DNA of 63,980 nt, filler included, from Intoshia linei (GCA_001642005.1; 7 parts of 7 records of this genome joined end to end with filler, not necessarily neighbours in it), one strand, 5' to 3'. Positions 25,883-39,792 are shown, counted from the first letter of the whole stretch. The notes: generated from the sequence alone by a model not told the origin. Translations and numbers: made by a program.

Positions 25883-28808
25883 ATGTCCAGAGTTGCATAT
25901 ATGCTGGACAGTGACATTGGAAATTTTTACTATGGTACAAAATATTTAATTTGTATTTAAATTATATTTTTAATAGGAGATAAGCATCCAATGAAACCTT
26001 TTCGTCTATCTTTAACGCACGCATTAGTACTAGCTTACAATTTGGACCAAAAAATGAAGGTTTATTTATAAAAAATAATAATATCAACATAATGTGTATT
26101 AGATATACGAACCGTACCAAGCCACCTTTCACGACATGATTAAATTTCATACTGAATCGCATATACGATCTCTTACTGATGAAAAAAATAAACTTAATAA
26201 TTCAGATGATTGTCCGGTTTTTACTGATTTATATGAATTTTGTTCAAGATACACTGGTGCTTCTTTAGAGTGTGTGTTTCATTTAGTCAATAATGTAATT
26301 ATGTATTATAATATTATTCAAGTTGTTTGTAGGATTGTGATATAGCAGTCAACTGGTCGGGTGGATTACATCATGCAAAAAAAGATGAGGTACTATATAT
26401 TTCATACACTTGATTTTTTTATTTTCAAAAAAATCCATATTATATTTTTTGTCATCAGTCACAATTTAATTAATTAAGAAATTAATTTTAATTTGTCATT
26501 TTAAACAATTTTTTCAATCTAAGGTTTTTAGTACAAATAATTAAACCACAAATCTTTCAGATTTTTTCAGAAACAAAAATTTGAGTCAATATGAATAATA
26601 TTCATATTTAATTGAATATGTATATTTATTGAATATATGTATTATAATTTTCAGGTTAGTGGATTTTGTTACGTAAATGACATTGTAATTGCTATACAAG
26701 AACTTTTAAGGTTAAGACTGCCCATTATAAAATAAATTGTTATATTTAGATATTACTCAAGAGTGCTATATATCGACATAGACATACACCACGGAGATGG
26801 TGTTCAAGAAGCCTTTTATCTAACGGATCGAGTTATGAGTGTAAATTTACGATACATTTTAAATATTATTATTTTTCATTTGAGGTAGTATTATATTATT
26901 GTATACCAATTGTATAGTTTATACCCGAAGTTGGAAACGTTTAACATGAGAAGGCCGATATAATTTTATAAGCCCGCACCTTCTAAAATTTGCTAGTTAA
27001 ATTATACAAAATGAATAAGTTTTAAATTTAATTGCTACAAATATTTTGTTATATATACATTATTATTATTTAAAAATTAGCAAAAATTAAAATTTTTCAG
27101 AAGCACATACTTTTCAACCTCCGATATATACATTGGGTTCGTCTCATTTTTACCCCATTCCTGTTATTTATTGAACATTCAATTGTGTCTACAGTTATAT
27201 TTTTTAAGTTTAATTTAATATATTACAATGTACGACATATTATTAATACTTCAGACCTCTTTTCATCGATATGGCAAGAACTACTTTCCGGGTACAGGTT
27301 ATTAGTTATTAGTTTAAATTATAATAACTATGTTAGGTCACATGTACGAATTTGGAGTAGATAATGGTCGGTATTATTCAGTAAATGTACCATTGAAGGA
27401 AGGAATGGACGATGAGTGTAAGATTATACTTATCAATGATTTGTATGTTATTCATACATAATGCGTTATCCTAAATTATCCAGTCGTTTTCTATTCTGGT
27501 TTTATTCATTTTTTGTAAATTTCTGCTGTGAGATCTAAGAATTTATTTTTATTTTTTCATAATTCCGGGTTTACCCGAAATTTCTTAGATCGGTTTTGGG
27601 CGAACAGTGGAGGTTACTTTATATTAAAATGAACTGATTTTTATGCACGTCACATATTTTAATACAAGCTATTTATTTTATAAAAGTTAAGGCGTTTCTA
27701 AATATCAAATTGTTTTGATATATTAATTTTAAAATATCGGATAGGTATTGTATTAAAGAACAACTACAATTGCACTCTATATTCTTAAATATATAATTTT
27801 AGCTTTTGCATATATTTTTAAATCAATTATGAGTACTGTAATTGAATTTTATCAACCAAACGTTATTGTTATGCAGGTTTTTCTATTAGAATCAACGTTT
27901 TAGTACAAATTTAGTGTGGTGCCGATTCACTTGGAGATGATAGACTGGGATGTTTCAATTTATCTGTCAAGGGACATGGGTATTCAATAATGTCTGGATA
28001 TAGTTTAATTTACTTTTTAGGGAATGCGTCAACTACATTAAGAAGGTTGGTCTACCTACAATTTTTCTAGGTGGAGGAGGTAACTTTATCGACTTATGTC
28101 ACTACTAATATATAATACTACCTATTCAGGTTATACTCCTCGAAATGTCGCAAGATGTTGGACTTACGAAACATCCATTTTGGTGGATGAAAAAGTAAAA
28201 AATGAATTACCAATGAACCGTATATAAACAGCGAATGTAATAAATATATTTTAGAATTTTACGAACATTTTGGATCTCAGAAATGTCTACATCCTGATAT
28301 TATGTACAGAATTGAAAATCAAAATTCTATGAAGGTAAATTTAAAATTTGTACATTAACACCTTGCCTAATCTTGGAATAATTCCAAAGAAATTTTTTTA
28401 CACCAGATGTGAAGCATCTCAAAGTGACTACTTAGAGGTAATTCTTTATGTAATTTTGTATTTACAAGATACAAATAATAAATTTTGGAGGTTCATCTAC
28501 AAAAATATGTATGATTAGAATATTTTTGCATATTACCTCTAAAATAATAAAATTGACATTAATTATTTAAAGTTGGTATTTTTCAGTTTGTTATAAATAT
28601 ATTGTAATGAAATTTGGAGTATTTTAAATTTTATATAAAATATTTTTTTAATCGGTGTTACCTCAGGTAACTTACCTGTATAATATTAAAGTATGAAATA
28701 TATGTATATTAATTTTAGTACCTTGATGCAATAAAACAAACTGTTACAGAAAATCTAAGAAATATAGTACATGCACCTAGTGTACAAATGACTCACATTG
28801 ACATTTAA
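25883..28808 (+). CDS. HDAC3: Class I histone deacetylase 3, many short exons
   Basis: [102 protein letters not shown]. Confidence 0.95.
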
Positions 28809-28843
28809 TTTTAAAATTCCACTGTAAAAATAACCATAAATGT

Positions 28844-29140
28844 TTAATTATTCAAAAGTTTGTTCAATAGTTTGTCCAATTGTTTTCGTTCATCACTTAA
28901 CTTTTCAATGTTAGCATAAATGTCTTCAATCTCTTTTTTTATACAAGTTATATATTGAGACTGGGTTATTTCTTTCAATTGATAATTTTTATTAATAATT
29001 TCATTACGCACTCTTTCATGGTTTTTCAGGTAACTTTTTAATTCAACATTCAAACTATTCATTATGATTTTATGATCTTTGTGTATTTTCCTTGAACGGT
29101 TAACAAAATATCTTACATTTTTATTTGATTGATTTGGCAT
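28844..29140 (-). CDS. Uncharacterised coiled-coil protein (98 aa, may have upstream exons)
   Basis: ORF with heptad pattern (IKKEIEDIYANIEKLSDERKQLDKLL). Confidence 0.4.
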   Translation of the reverse strand: MPNQSNKNVRYFVNRSRKIHKDHKIIMNSLNVELKSYLKNHERVRNEIINKNYQLKEITQSQYITCIKKEIEDIYANIEKLSDERKQLDKLLNKLLNN

Positions 29141-29529
29141 TGCGTTAACTTTTACTAATATAAATATAGCATAAATTATAATTACTGATTATCAATAAAT
29201 AATTAAATACAGGAAAACGTTAAAAATGTATGTGACATTTTGAAATGCCGAAACCATATCATTTTACCAAATAAATATATTCTTGAATGGCAATTATTTT
29301 GGGCGTTAAATGTAAAATGTCAAGTCAGGAGTTTAGAAGAGGTGATTAGGGATATATGACACTACGCATCGGTTTCCAAATTTTTTTTACAGGGTTCTAT
29401 TTTTAATTTAGGGTGGTTTCGAGCATGGTCTGATAGTTTGTATACATTCTTGGAATGGTTAGTCATACTATTTGAAGATACATTTGTATATTGCATACAT
29501 AGTAACATCGTCTACTGTATAGTTTCAAT

Positions 29530-29930
29530 CAGAGCTGTCTTAAGCCACTTCGTGGCCCTTTAAAGTTTTGAGCGAAGCGATAAAAAAATTTTAGGCCCCC
29601 TTTTTAGAAATTTAATAAGAGAAAATCAAAGACTTCCTACATTCTTTTTTGAATATTCACTTAATAGAAAGGTTTTAATGTTTAATATTATCATTTGAAA
29701 CAGTTTTTATGTCAATATTATATGATAAACATTGTAGAATATATTTTAAATTGAATATTTACCAGAACTTTGATTCTTTAAACTATTTTCTTTCTAGCTA
29801 TTTGAATTCCCCACACTTCAAAATTGTTTCTTAAGATATACGTGTAAAGTACTTTTATTAATTTGGGGGCCTTTTTTAATGAGTGGCCCTGGGCTCAGCC
29901 CATATTGTCCCATGCCTTAAAACGGTTCTG
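29530..29930. mobile_element. hAT MITE
   Basis: TIRs cagagctgtcttaag / ccttaaaacggttctg; perfect 8-bp TSD gtttcaat. Confidence 0.88.
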
Positions 29931-30072
29931 GTTTCAATACAATATACTACCGATCCTAATTTGTTCCATGGATTTATTATCATTATTTCAGATGACATTA
30001 ATTCGTAAAAATTTTTAATAGATAAAATTTTGATTATAGATTTACAAAACATGATGTTTAATACTAGTTTAA

Positions 30073-32777
30073 TCAGTAAAGAAGTTGAACGCCATTTTCA
30101 TTTTCGGATTTCATTATTTCGCCATGATAAACAATTTTCCCATTACATAACTTGAACTGTCCCTTTATAATACAATTATAAAAATAAAACAAACATTACT
30201 ATAATTTTTTCCCATAATTTTTTTTTTGGATTTAAAATAGTGGGTGTTTCAGAATTAAAATAATTTTCAATGAATATTTTTGAACCAGGTTTTGAATTTT
30301 TAAATTCTATTAAATTAACTGCATCGCTATCACTAATGAAATATAAAATGTATATTATAATAACAATATAAACGAACATTTACCTGGAACACGAAACAAT
30401 CATACCGTTCGATTCAATTCCTCTAAATTTGGTAGGCTTTAGATTACATAAAAATGCAATTTTTTTGTGGATAAGATTTTCAACTGTAAACATTTTCCTT
30501 ATGTTTGTAACAACAGGTCTAACACCACATTCCCCCATATTTACTATAAGTAAATACAAAGAGTCCACCCCTTCTGGACACTGAACTTCCTCTATGAGAC
30601 CAACTCTTAAGTCTAAAATAGTTGGATTGACAAGTATAGTATTATTAGATGGTTTCTTTTTAATTGATAATTTTGGGTAAGCTTTATTTATTATAATTTC
30701 CATTTCTTTCGTTAGTGCCTTTTCGCGAATCGGTGTCAAAATTTCATTTATGAGATTTGTGACAGTGTTTTTTAAATCACCGGGATGAATAATTTCATTT
30801 CTAAAATCATTTTCTAAGTTTTCATGTGATTTATAAACAGTAACCGTTCCATCACGTCTTGTTAAAGAAAACCCAAATTCAGGGTTCAATGGTATAAGAA
30901 CAAATTTTATAAAATCTAATAATCCATTTTTTTCAATGTTTCCAGGTTCACAAAAACATTTTTTAATTTTTCGTTTTATAGAGCTTAAATCATCCAGCAA
31001 ATCTATTTTTGAGTCTAAATCGGATGACGACATCTTCGAACCACTTATCCCTATTATATTTAAATTAAAATAGTACACTACTCACCAGGAAGCATTGGAT
31101 TCATTAAATGTATTTGTTTTGTATGACCAATAAGAGGCATATATTTTTCAGCAAATGTGAAAATTTTTCTTTGATCAACTCCTCCAAATTGAGCATCCAC
31201 CTTTAAATATTTTTCATCCAAAGCCTAATATAAACGATTTAAAATAACAAAATGGCACATTAGGAAAAATACATTTACAACTAATTCTGAAATAAAGAAG
31301 ACATTAGTGCTGGGAATTGATAACAAAATTAAAAATCTAAACTAATATTAATTTACATTATAATAATTTATTATGCTGTTTTGAAAGAATTTTTCTCTAA
31401 GGGTAAAAGTGGATTTTTCTCAAAATTAATCAAAACGTTTTTATCGATTTCCAGCACTATAATGCATAGAGTAGAAGCCGATTATAGTGGTAACATTGGA
31501 GCAGAGCAGTTTCATCACTATAAGCTAGAGGTTACCACAATTCCTTCATGACGGGCCGGTATTTTATTGTGAAATTTCTCAAGACACATTAAGAAGAAAT
31601 TACGACACAAATAAGATGACATAAATTTATTAATTATAATATTTGTAATGTAACAGATTTATTTGAAATATTTTCAAAACAATTTTCACGGACCGACATT
31701 TGGAAACCGCTGCTATAATCGACTTTTTGAATGAAGATAAAGTCATTCATAACTGTTTTTATAAATAAAAGTATTGTTAATTTATCTTCTAAATTTGATC
31801 ATTATAATCAGCTTCTACTGTACCTGTTTATAATTATTCAAAATTAAAAAACTCGATAGTAATGTAAGTTACCTGAAGGCCAGGATAAAGTAAACTGCTC
31901 AATGCAGCATTGTCAGTTTGTTTGACTACCTCCGTCCCAGCTTTTTTTGCGTCGTGTTGACTAATTACTGAGCTGAGCCGATACATATCCAAAGTATACT
32001 CTCTACATATACCATTTGTTGAAAAATAAATAAAATAGATGTAATAGTTACCAAAACTTATTTACTGAGTATATTATAACCTGTTTTTGGGTAGTTAATT
32101 TTGAAAAGTGCTCAAAACCGGGGATATTGATAATTCAATTGTTTAATTAAATGAAGTATTAATTAAACTAAATACAATGTTACATATAATGTATTATATA
32201 ACTATCAAGACAGAAAGAAGTTAAAGAAAACTTTTATTTATTAAATCGACTTTCATAGTATTTTCAAAAAAATATTTGAAATAAAAATTATATCAGAATA
32301 CTGAATAACTTTTTGAAAAATTATTATTCATAGCAATTTTTATTTTGTCAACTAAAACTTGAAATAGGTTTCTCATAATATGTATTTTATAAAGCTCGTT
32401 GAGCACACAGATAAACACTACTATGTATTAATTTACCTCGATAGTTGATAATCTGTTCCACGAACAAATTTTAATTTCGTTATTATATTTTTCAGACCTA
32501 AGCGGTTACCGATTGATTCTAACGCATTTTTTATAATTTCTTCATAATACACACTACGGTGTTGTAACATATCCCAAGGCGATTTCATGTTGTCCAAATA
32601 GCCGTGTAAATCAGCTATTAAGATAGTTACATTACACCCAGCCTGCAAAAAATCAAAAATTTTTGTTAAAGGTAAAAAATAGCCAATGTGTGGTCTTCCA
32701 GTAGTAGCTGTTCCCCAATAAATATGCAAATCACGTTCTTTCAATATATTAATCAGTCTTTCTTCACCCAAAACTTC
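30073..32777 (-). CDS. YARS1: Cytosolic tyrosyl-tRNA synthetase with C-terminal EMAP II-like domain; first exon not found
   Basis: [86 protein letters not shown]. Confidence 0.96.
31470..31820. mobile_element. Tigger/pogo-like MITE with a nested hAT MITE (31526-31712), in a YARS1 intron
   Basis: Outer ends agtagaagccgattata / tataatcagcttctactg-TA; inner element flanked by ctataagc/ctataatc. Confidence 0.65.
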
Positions 32778-32944
32778 CTAAGTATTTAAAACTTGTTATA
32801 AATAAACATAAAATGATCTATATAATTTGTTATAAAATGGTTCTACAATGTAGAATCTACATATAAAAAAATATTATACATACACAAATGTAATTGTTTT
32901 AATAACATAGTTACAAAATAAAAAAATGAATACCAAACTGTTAT

Positions 32945-33345
32945 TCTGACTGTGAAAGCTTCACTTTGTTAGATTAAAAATTTTTGTGTATGTTAACTGT
33001 ATGAGCTGGAATTTTTTTTAAATTCTAGGATTTTTTTCATTTTTAAAAAAAGGGTAATTTGTGGTCTTCGCCGTAAAGATATGATTTATTTATATAATAT
33101 TATATAAGAAATTTATTATAATGTTGATGATTGTAGAATCTTTATCAGATTGTGTAATGTTTATAATTCTAGAATTTGTTTGATTTTTAAAAAAATAATA
33201 ATAAGGTTTTTGACTTTGAAGGACTCACTTTGTGAAAATAAAATTTGCAAATTAATCTAATCGACTAAAAATTAGTAATATAAAGTGGTCTTTTTAAAAC
33301 TATACAGCTCTTACTTTCTTAAATAAACTGGAACAAACAGCTCTA
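32945..33345 (-). mobile_element. Helitron-like repeat fragment
   Basis: Similar in reverse complement to copies at ~53055-53500 and ~9790-9950. Confidence 0.55.
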
Positions 33346-33349
33346 CGTC

Positions 33350-35643
33350 TTAACTAAATTCAAATTTAAATAAATAAACAGCAACTTTTAAAATTAATCC
33401 CATTTCCGAAACTAGATCGTAGTCTAATTAAGTTAACTGGATACAACAATTCACATGTTCCATCGTATGGTGTAATTAAGCTTAAAATACACGGTTTACT
33501 CGACCCAGTAAAATTTCATGTAACTGATTACAGAAATATTTAAGGTTGTCGAATTTCCAGAAATTTAGGATTACTATCTCAAGTCAATTCTATATTTGAA
33601 AATAAACAGTTATCACTTTTGAATAATGAGAGTTTGAAATTACTGACATGCCCTCAAGTATATAAGACAGTCATTCAAAAATTTTCAACAATATTTTCTT
33701 CGAAACCCAGTCGAATCAATGATAAATTTCACTATATTACACTTAACAAAAGAGAACATTTTTCGAATGGACCAATTTATCCTATCCCTAACACTTAGAA
33801 TGCGAATTTAACGAACAAATTAGAAATATGATCACTAATAAAATTATAGAGCCATCTGATAGTCGACCTTTCGATCTCCATATTTTTTCGTTCCTAAAAA
33901 GGACGGATCACACAGACTAGTAATTGATTTTCGCCGACTAAACCGTATTACCAAACCAGATGCCTACCCCATGGCCAACCAGCAAGTTATTTTCGATTCC
34001 ATGAGTAAAAAAAGTGTTTTCTCAGTTTTTGGCAAATTCCATTATATCCCAGTGATAAACCCAAAACTGCTTTCGTCAGTGGTAAAAAGCTTTTCCAATT
34101 CAGAGTTATGCCTTTTTGGTTAGTTAATGCACCTGCAACCTGTAAAAGGATAATGAATAAATTGGCGTTTGACCTTAATAATGTTCAAGTATATATAAAT
34201 GATATTGTTGTTTCTTCTTTCTCCGAAAGGGAACATTTAACTTATTTAGAAAATTTATTTCATCGATTACATGAGAAAGGTATAACACTTAAACCTTCTA
34301 AGTGTCAAATCGGTCTTCGTGAGATAACATTTCTGGGACATGTAATTAATGGGTCCGGTATAAAAATGGACAAGGAAAAGGTGGATGCGATAGTAAATTT
34401 AAAACCACCTGAAAATGTTAGAGAAGTTCGTGGATTTTTAGGATTATGCAACTATCACAATCGATTTTTAAAAAATTTCGCCGACATCAGTCAGCCGATT
34501 CGTATGTTATTAAAGAAAAGTAAGAAATTTGCATGGAATCCGGAATGTGAAAACGCGTTTAACGAATTAAAACACATGATTTCGTCATCTACACTTGTGA
34601 GACATCCCAATTTTGATTTAACATTTCGCCTCGAAACTGATGCATCTAATACAGGCGTTGGAGCTATACTGACTCAGAATGAAGAAGTTATATATTTTGC
34701 CAGTAAAGCTTTCACACCAGCTCAAATGCGATATAGCGTTGTCGAAAAGGAATTGTACGCATTATTTTGGGTCATAAATAAATTTAAATATTATCTGTAT
34801 GGAAAAAGATTCGTGGTGATCACCGATCATAATCCTCTAGTCACAATTAAAAATACTAAGTGTTTAAACAATCGGATTATAAGATGGATTCGATGTCTCG
34901 AAGAATATGTATTTGACATAGAATATCGACCGGGTATCCTAAATAAATCAGCAGACCTTTTATCACGTATTACGCATACTAAAATAATAAAAGAATTAAA
35001 ATTAAACCTTGATTCTTTACAAATATGCGAACAACAAAAAACTGATCCCGAAATTATTGAAATTATGCAATGCTTAAAATTATCTCAAATACCAAAAAAA
35101 TCTAATAGATTGAAATATTTTTTTAAATATCTTAAACTTGAATCTGATTATGTTTTTTATTCTCCAACCTCAACACATAAAGTTCCTATTGTCCCTGAGG
35201 CCATGATAGCCGAACTTATTAAACATTATCACACTTCACCTATATATTGTCATCCAAGAAACAACAAAATGTATAATATAATAAAACAAAAATATTTCAT
35301 TACCAATCTTCTTCAAAATATTCAGCAAGTGACAAAAAAATGTGAATCGTGTAATGTCAGTAAACATCAATCTCATAGTCGTATTAAGCTCCTTAAACCA
35401 GTCATCACCCAATCTTTTAATGAGTTATGGCAGATAGATATAGTTGGACCATTCTCATGTAGCGACTCAGGTAATAGGTATGTTATCAATATGGTTGATC
35501 ATTTTACAGGTTATACTGAATTTTTAGCTGTTTCAGAAATTAGCGCTGATACAATATGCACGGAGATATGGCGCAACATTATCTTACAATATGGGCCACC
35601 AAATCGTTTGCAAACTGACCAAGGTCGTCAATTTGATTCAAAA
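33350..35643 (+). mobile_element. Degenerate Ty3/Gypsy pol (RT-RNase H-integrase), truncated by gap
   Basis: VPKKDGSHRLVIDFRRLN, MPFWLVNAPAT, mutated YIND, LETDASNTGVGA, EKELYAL, ITDHNPL, HHCC-like region, WQIDIVGPF, LQTDQGRQF; frameshifts upstream of 34108. Confidence 0.95.
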
Positions 35644-35743
35644 NNNNNNNNNNNNNNNNNNNNNNNNNNNNNNNNNNNNNNNNNNNNTTAATTAATTAAN
35701 NNNNNNNNNNNNNNNNNNNNNNNNNNNNNNNNNNNNNNNNNNN

Positions 35744-36179
35744 CCAACCAATTTAGAAGAACTGTGGAGATTTATACAAGAAGAATGGGACCGCGTATTT
35801 CTAGAAACTATTCAAGATTTGTATGCCTCATTGCCCACAAGAATTGTATCCGTTATACAAAATAAATGAGGGAATACTAAATATTGATAATTTTTTATAT
35901 ATTTATTTAATTTTTTCTTTTAATTAACATAACTAATTGAATTATTTTTAGGTGCCTAAGACTTATGTCGCTCAGAATTTTGTATTTTTAATTAAAAATA
36001 CATATACATATGTATTTAATGAATTATTAAATTTTTTCTCAAGTTTTTACTTTTTTGCGATTGTTAAATATTTGTTCTTGGTTATACACTAAATTTAATA
36101 TAAAAAAATATAAACTGATGAACTGGCGTGTGTTTAATCTAGTTACTATTTGTGTACCTAAGACTTATGTCGTGCACTG
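35744..36179 (+). mobile_element. 3' end of Tc1-like element with IR/DR-type terminus
   Basis: PTNLEELWRFIQEEWD...LPTRIVSVI...GNTKY*; direct repeat cctaagacttatgtcg at ~35955 and ~36157; terminus GTGCACTG|TA. Confidence 0.85.
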
Positions 36180-36289
36180 TAAATAATCGTTGAGTATCTA
36201 CAGTTAATGTTTTATAGTCAATATTTCAATGTAAAGTAAACCCTCCATAATTATATATTAATTTAATTATTATAATAATTAATACATAT

Positions 36290-36790
36290 AATACTATGTA
36301 TAAAACTCTTTGTTTGTCAGTGTGTCTGTATATGTTATCGTTTATTTCAATAACTAAGAGTTTTAGAATTTTATAAAGCCAAAATTTCTATTACAGTTTT
36401 TTTCGGGTGAAAGTAAGATAAATTTCAACCTCCGAAACTCACATCTTACCGGTTAAAAACCCAAATTATCCTTATTTTTGAAAACCAAATGAGTTGTAGC
36501 AATTAAAAAAAATAAACACTTTGATACAGATTTTAAAATCATAAATTTAAATTTAAAAAAACTACATCTTCATGGAAAACCCCAAATGATCCTTTTAAAA
36601 AAAATGAAAATAGTCCTAGAATTTTAAAAAATTTACAGTTCATAATGTTATCTCAAGTTATAACACATAAAAAAATTTTGATCTAATAAAGTGACGTCTT
36701 CACTGTCAAAACAGCACTTTTATAATCAAAATATGTCCTAGACGTGAATACAGTATTGAATACAATATTTTGTTCGTACATATCACCTCA
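36290..36790 (+). mobile_element. Helitron-like repeat, 5' part
   Basis: Shares ttatcgtttatttcaataact...aaatttcaacctcc...aagtgacg blocks with other copies. Confidence 0.65.
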
Positions 36791-36820
36791 ATAAGATCAT
36801 ATGCAGAACTCTAGCCTCAC

Positions 36821-37237
36821 TATTGGCGGATCTAGGATTTTCAGCCAGGGGGCGAAATACCTATAATGTACAAGTTGTGTATTTAAATATTTATAATATG
36901 TATATTAATATATTTCTATCTATAATAATAATTTATATTATTTTATTCTACTAAATTTTTCAATGTTGAACATTCAACTGCATCAAAATCGACATTTTCG
37001 GCAAGTTTTCTTTCGATTATAAACAACGTTAAGTCGGATATTTTAACTTAAACTGATTTTACATGATGATGTACTAGCATAAAAAATAATATATAGATTA
37101 ATGATCATTATATATATAAACCATGGCCCATAGAAAATTTTTTCAATTTTTCACAATGTTAATACAAAAATTAAAATATTTTAGGAGCACATTTGTCACG
37201 CTAGGCGACCGATCTATACCCACCTATATCCGCTACT
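36821..37237. mobile_element. hAT-like MITE
   Basis: Ends tattggcggatctagg / cctatatccgctactg. Confidence 0.55.
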
Positions 37238-37392
37238 GGTAATGAATTGATTTTAATTAATAAAAAAATTTCAAAATTATTTCGTGGACCGGTATTTGTG
37301 AAACGCTGGTATAACTGCATCTTGAGTTATTTAGGATAGAATTATATGTTATACACTGAAATGGTGAGTTGGTGTCATTCATAAATCAGTAA

Positions 37393-39792
37393 TTACCAAT
37401 TCCAATCAGTGTTTGATGGACGTCTTTCTGTGTCATCGGATGATTCCATTGTATTTGACTTATCAATACTATTTAGTGACTCTTTAATAGGGATTATTGG
37501 GTTATTGTGTGTATAATTTTCAACTGACTGGTGTGTCGTTCCAGAATATTCGGATATTACCTCCTATTTGTTGGATTAATTTTATAATTTAAATTTACAG
37601 GTATGGTTTCACTAGATTCTGCAATTTTTTCATACATGGTTGCAAATTGGTTAGATGTCATTTTTTTATTGATTGGAAATTCAATCATTGAAAAATAATC
37701 CTTAAAGCACGCAGCTTTATCGATGTAATCTTTTTTTTCTGGTACGGTTTTGATGGAAGAAGCAGTACTGTCTAATGATACTGGTAATTTTTCAAAATTT
37801 GCAAATGTACCTTTCCTATTTGGTATGATGGTGAGTTGAATGGATTCATTGGCAAACGAAGGGGTTTCCTCTACTAAACGAATATACGTGTTATAAAAAG
37901 TGCCAACCTCTTTTATTAAACAGATTGATACAACATGGAAATATATATTCTAACAAACCCATATTTAAAAATTTGTTATCATGGCTATTTATAATTATAA
38001 ATGTATATATGACCTACAATTTTTTTTATAGTTGAATAGATTTGGGACAATTGAACATAATACTAAATATAAATGTTTATTACATTTTGGTAATAAGTCA
38101 ATTTCCTAATAATATCTAGACTTGGACTTGTGGTGTAGAGGTTTTGAGTTGTTTGAGATTTGAAACATCATTGAGAGAATAATATTTATGTAATTCATTG
38201 AATTGGTGTGTTTTATTTTGAAAGCATTTAAATTTCTCACCAAAATACTTGAATCTGTTAATATTTTGTTTGGAATAATTATTGCAACGAATGAGATAAT
38301 ATAAAGCGTCAATCTCCGCCTCAATGTGTAAAAATGGTAAATTTTGAGTAATAAAACACGAGTTTTCTAATGTGTCACCTTTTTTGTTGACATTACCATG
38401 CACAAAACTCTGATTACTTGAAATTATGGAACTGCAACTGCTGGAATATACAATTTTGTTGCAAACAACTCGTTTCGATATTGACGTGTTTCGTATGTAC
38501 TGTGTGTTGAGATTCATTATGTTCAGCGTGCACTGGCGTTTAATCCAACTACAGAGAACATTTTCGTTCAAATTATATTTTTGAAAATTGAATTGTTTGA
38601 ACGGGTAGATACAATGTATCAATGTTGTTGTGCTAAGGAGAATGGGTTTACTTTGTTGAGAGTAATTGTACTCAATTTGCGCATTGTCATCAAGCTTGAG
38701 TAAAAATAAAGACACGTATGATTCGCAAATGTTGTCAATCACTCTGTAATTGTTAGTTTTTATTTTTTTTGATTTAAAAGGTTCATAGAAAAGATTTGAT
38801 TCGTATTTCAATTTTTGCGAATGGGAACTTTTTAATATTTTTCGTGTTTTTGTACCATTTACGTCAATTAGCTTTATATGAATAGGTAAACAAAATTCTG
38901 CCAATTTCTTAGCTTCAAAAACGCAATTATCCATTAAACTATCATCGCCAATTCCTGTAGTGAACAATTCTTTGCAATTAAAATTTCCATGGTCGGCGAT
39001 GGGACTGTAAAGACCTTTTTGCTCATATTCAAAATATACGGTGGTGCCATTGGACATGTTACAGCATATCATACTAATCTCTTTGACATTCCAATACTTG
39101 GTTTGTATTTTGGTTGTAATTTTATCCATTAAAATTAAGACTTCCCCCGCTTTGACGAGAACAGAATCTGATTCATTGTAATCAATAGAGTACACATTCT
39201 TCCTAACCAAAAACCTACCTTTCAGTTCGACAAGATGCGACAATAATTTTATCGTAGCACATGGCGGCGCTGATGTGAGAGATTGGGATAAAATTTCAAA
39301 ATAACATTGGTACTCCAGTGGTATTATGGCTAAATCTGTGGAATTTTTAGTATATTGGCCGGATTTTTGAATCAGTTCTAATTTGTGATATTTAAAGTAA
39401 TTCACATTGTGTGATTCACACTCATCTCGATGATTCAGCATTTTGCGGTTATTAGATTTGATTTGCTTACTATTGGTTATGTATGAATCTTTTTTAGACT
39501 TGTCAATAATTTTGTTCAATTTTTTCTTGCTATAATTCAAAATTCTCGTGTACGACAAATCTTCAAATTTTGATGGTATTGGCTCTACCAGTAAACCTAT
39601 TCAAATTTTAAAATATACATTACATTAAATTCAACCTTTGCAATACACAGTCTTGTTCAAATAGAAAATTTCCTTATCCGACTTTAATCCGATGGATCTC
39701 AAAAAGTGGCCATCATCTATAATGCAAAAATGCTGCTCCCCATTTTTTATAATATAATCTTGGAAATTACATTCTCTTTTATCTAAACCCAT
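37393..39792 (-). CDS. CABIT-domain protein (THEMIS/GAREM/Serrano-like); large exon ~38120-39595
   Basis: IIPLEYQCYFEILS, VKAGEVLILM, ICCNMSNGTTVYFEYEQKGLYSPIA, LPIHIKLI, EAEIDALYYLIR resemble Serrano-type CABIT motifs. Confidence 0.7.

Noticed and set aside
34108-35643. Active or domesticated reverse transcriptase
   Set aside because: Catalytic YxDD is YIND and upstream pol has frameshifts and a deletion; an ordinary decayed Gypsy copy
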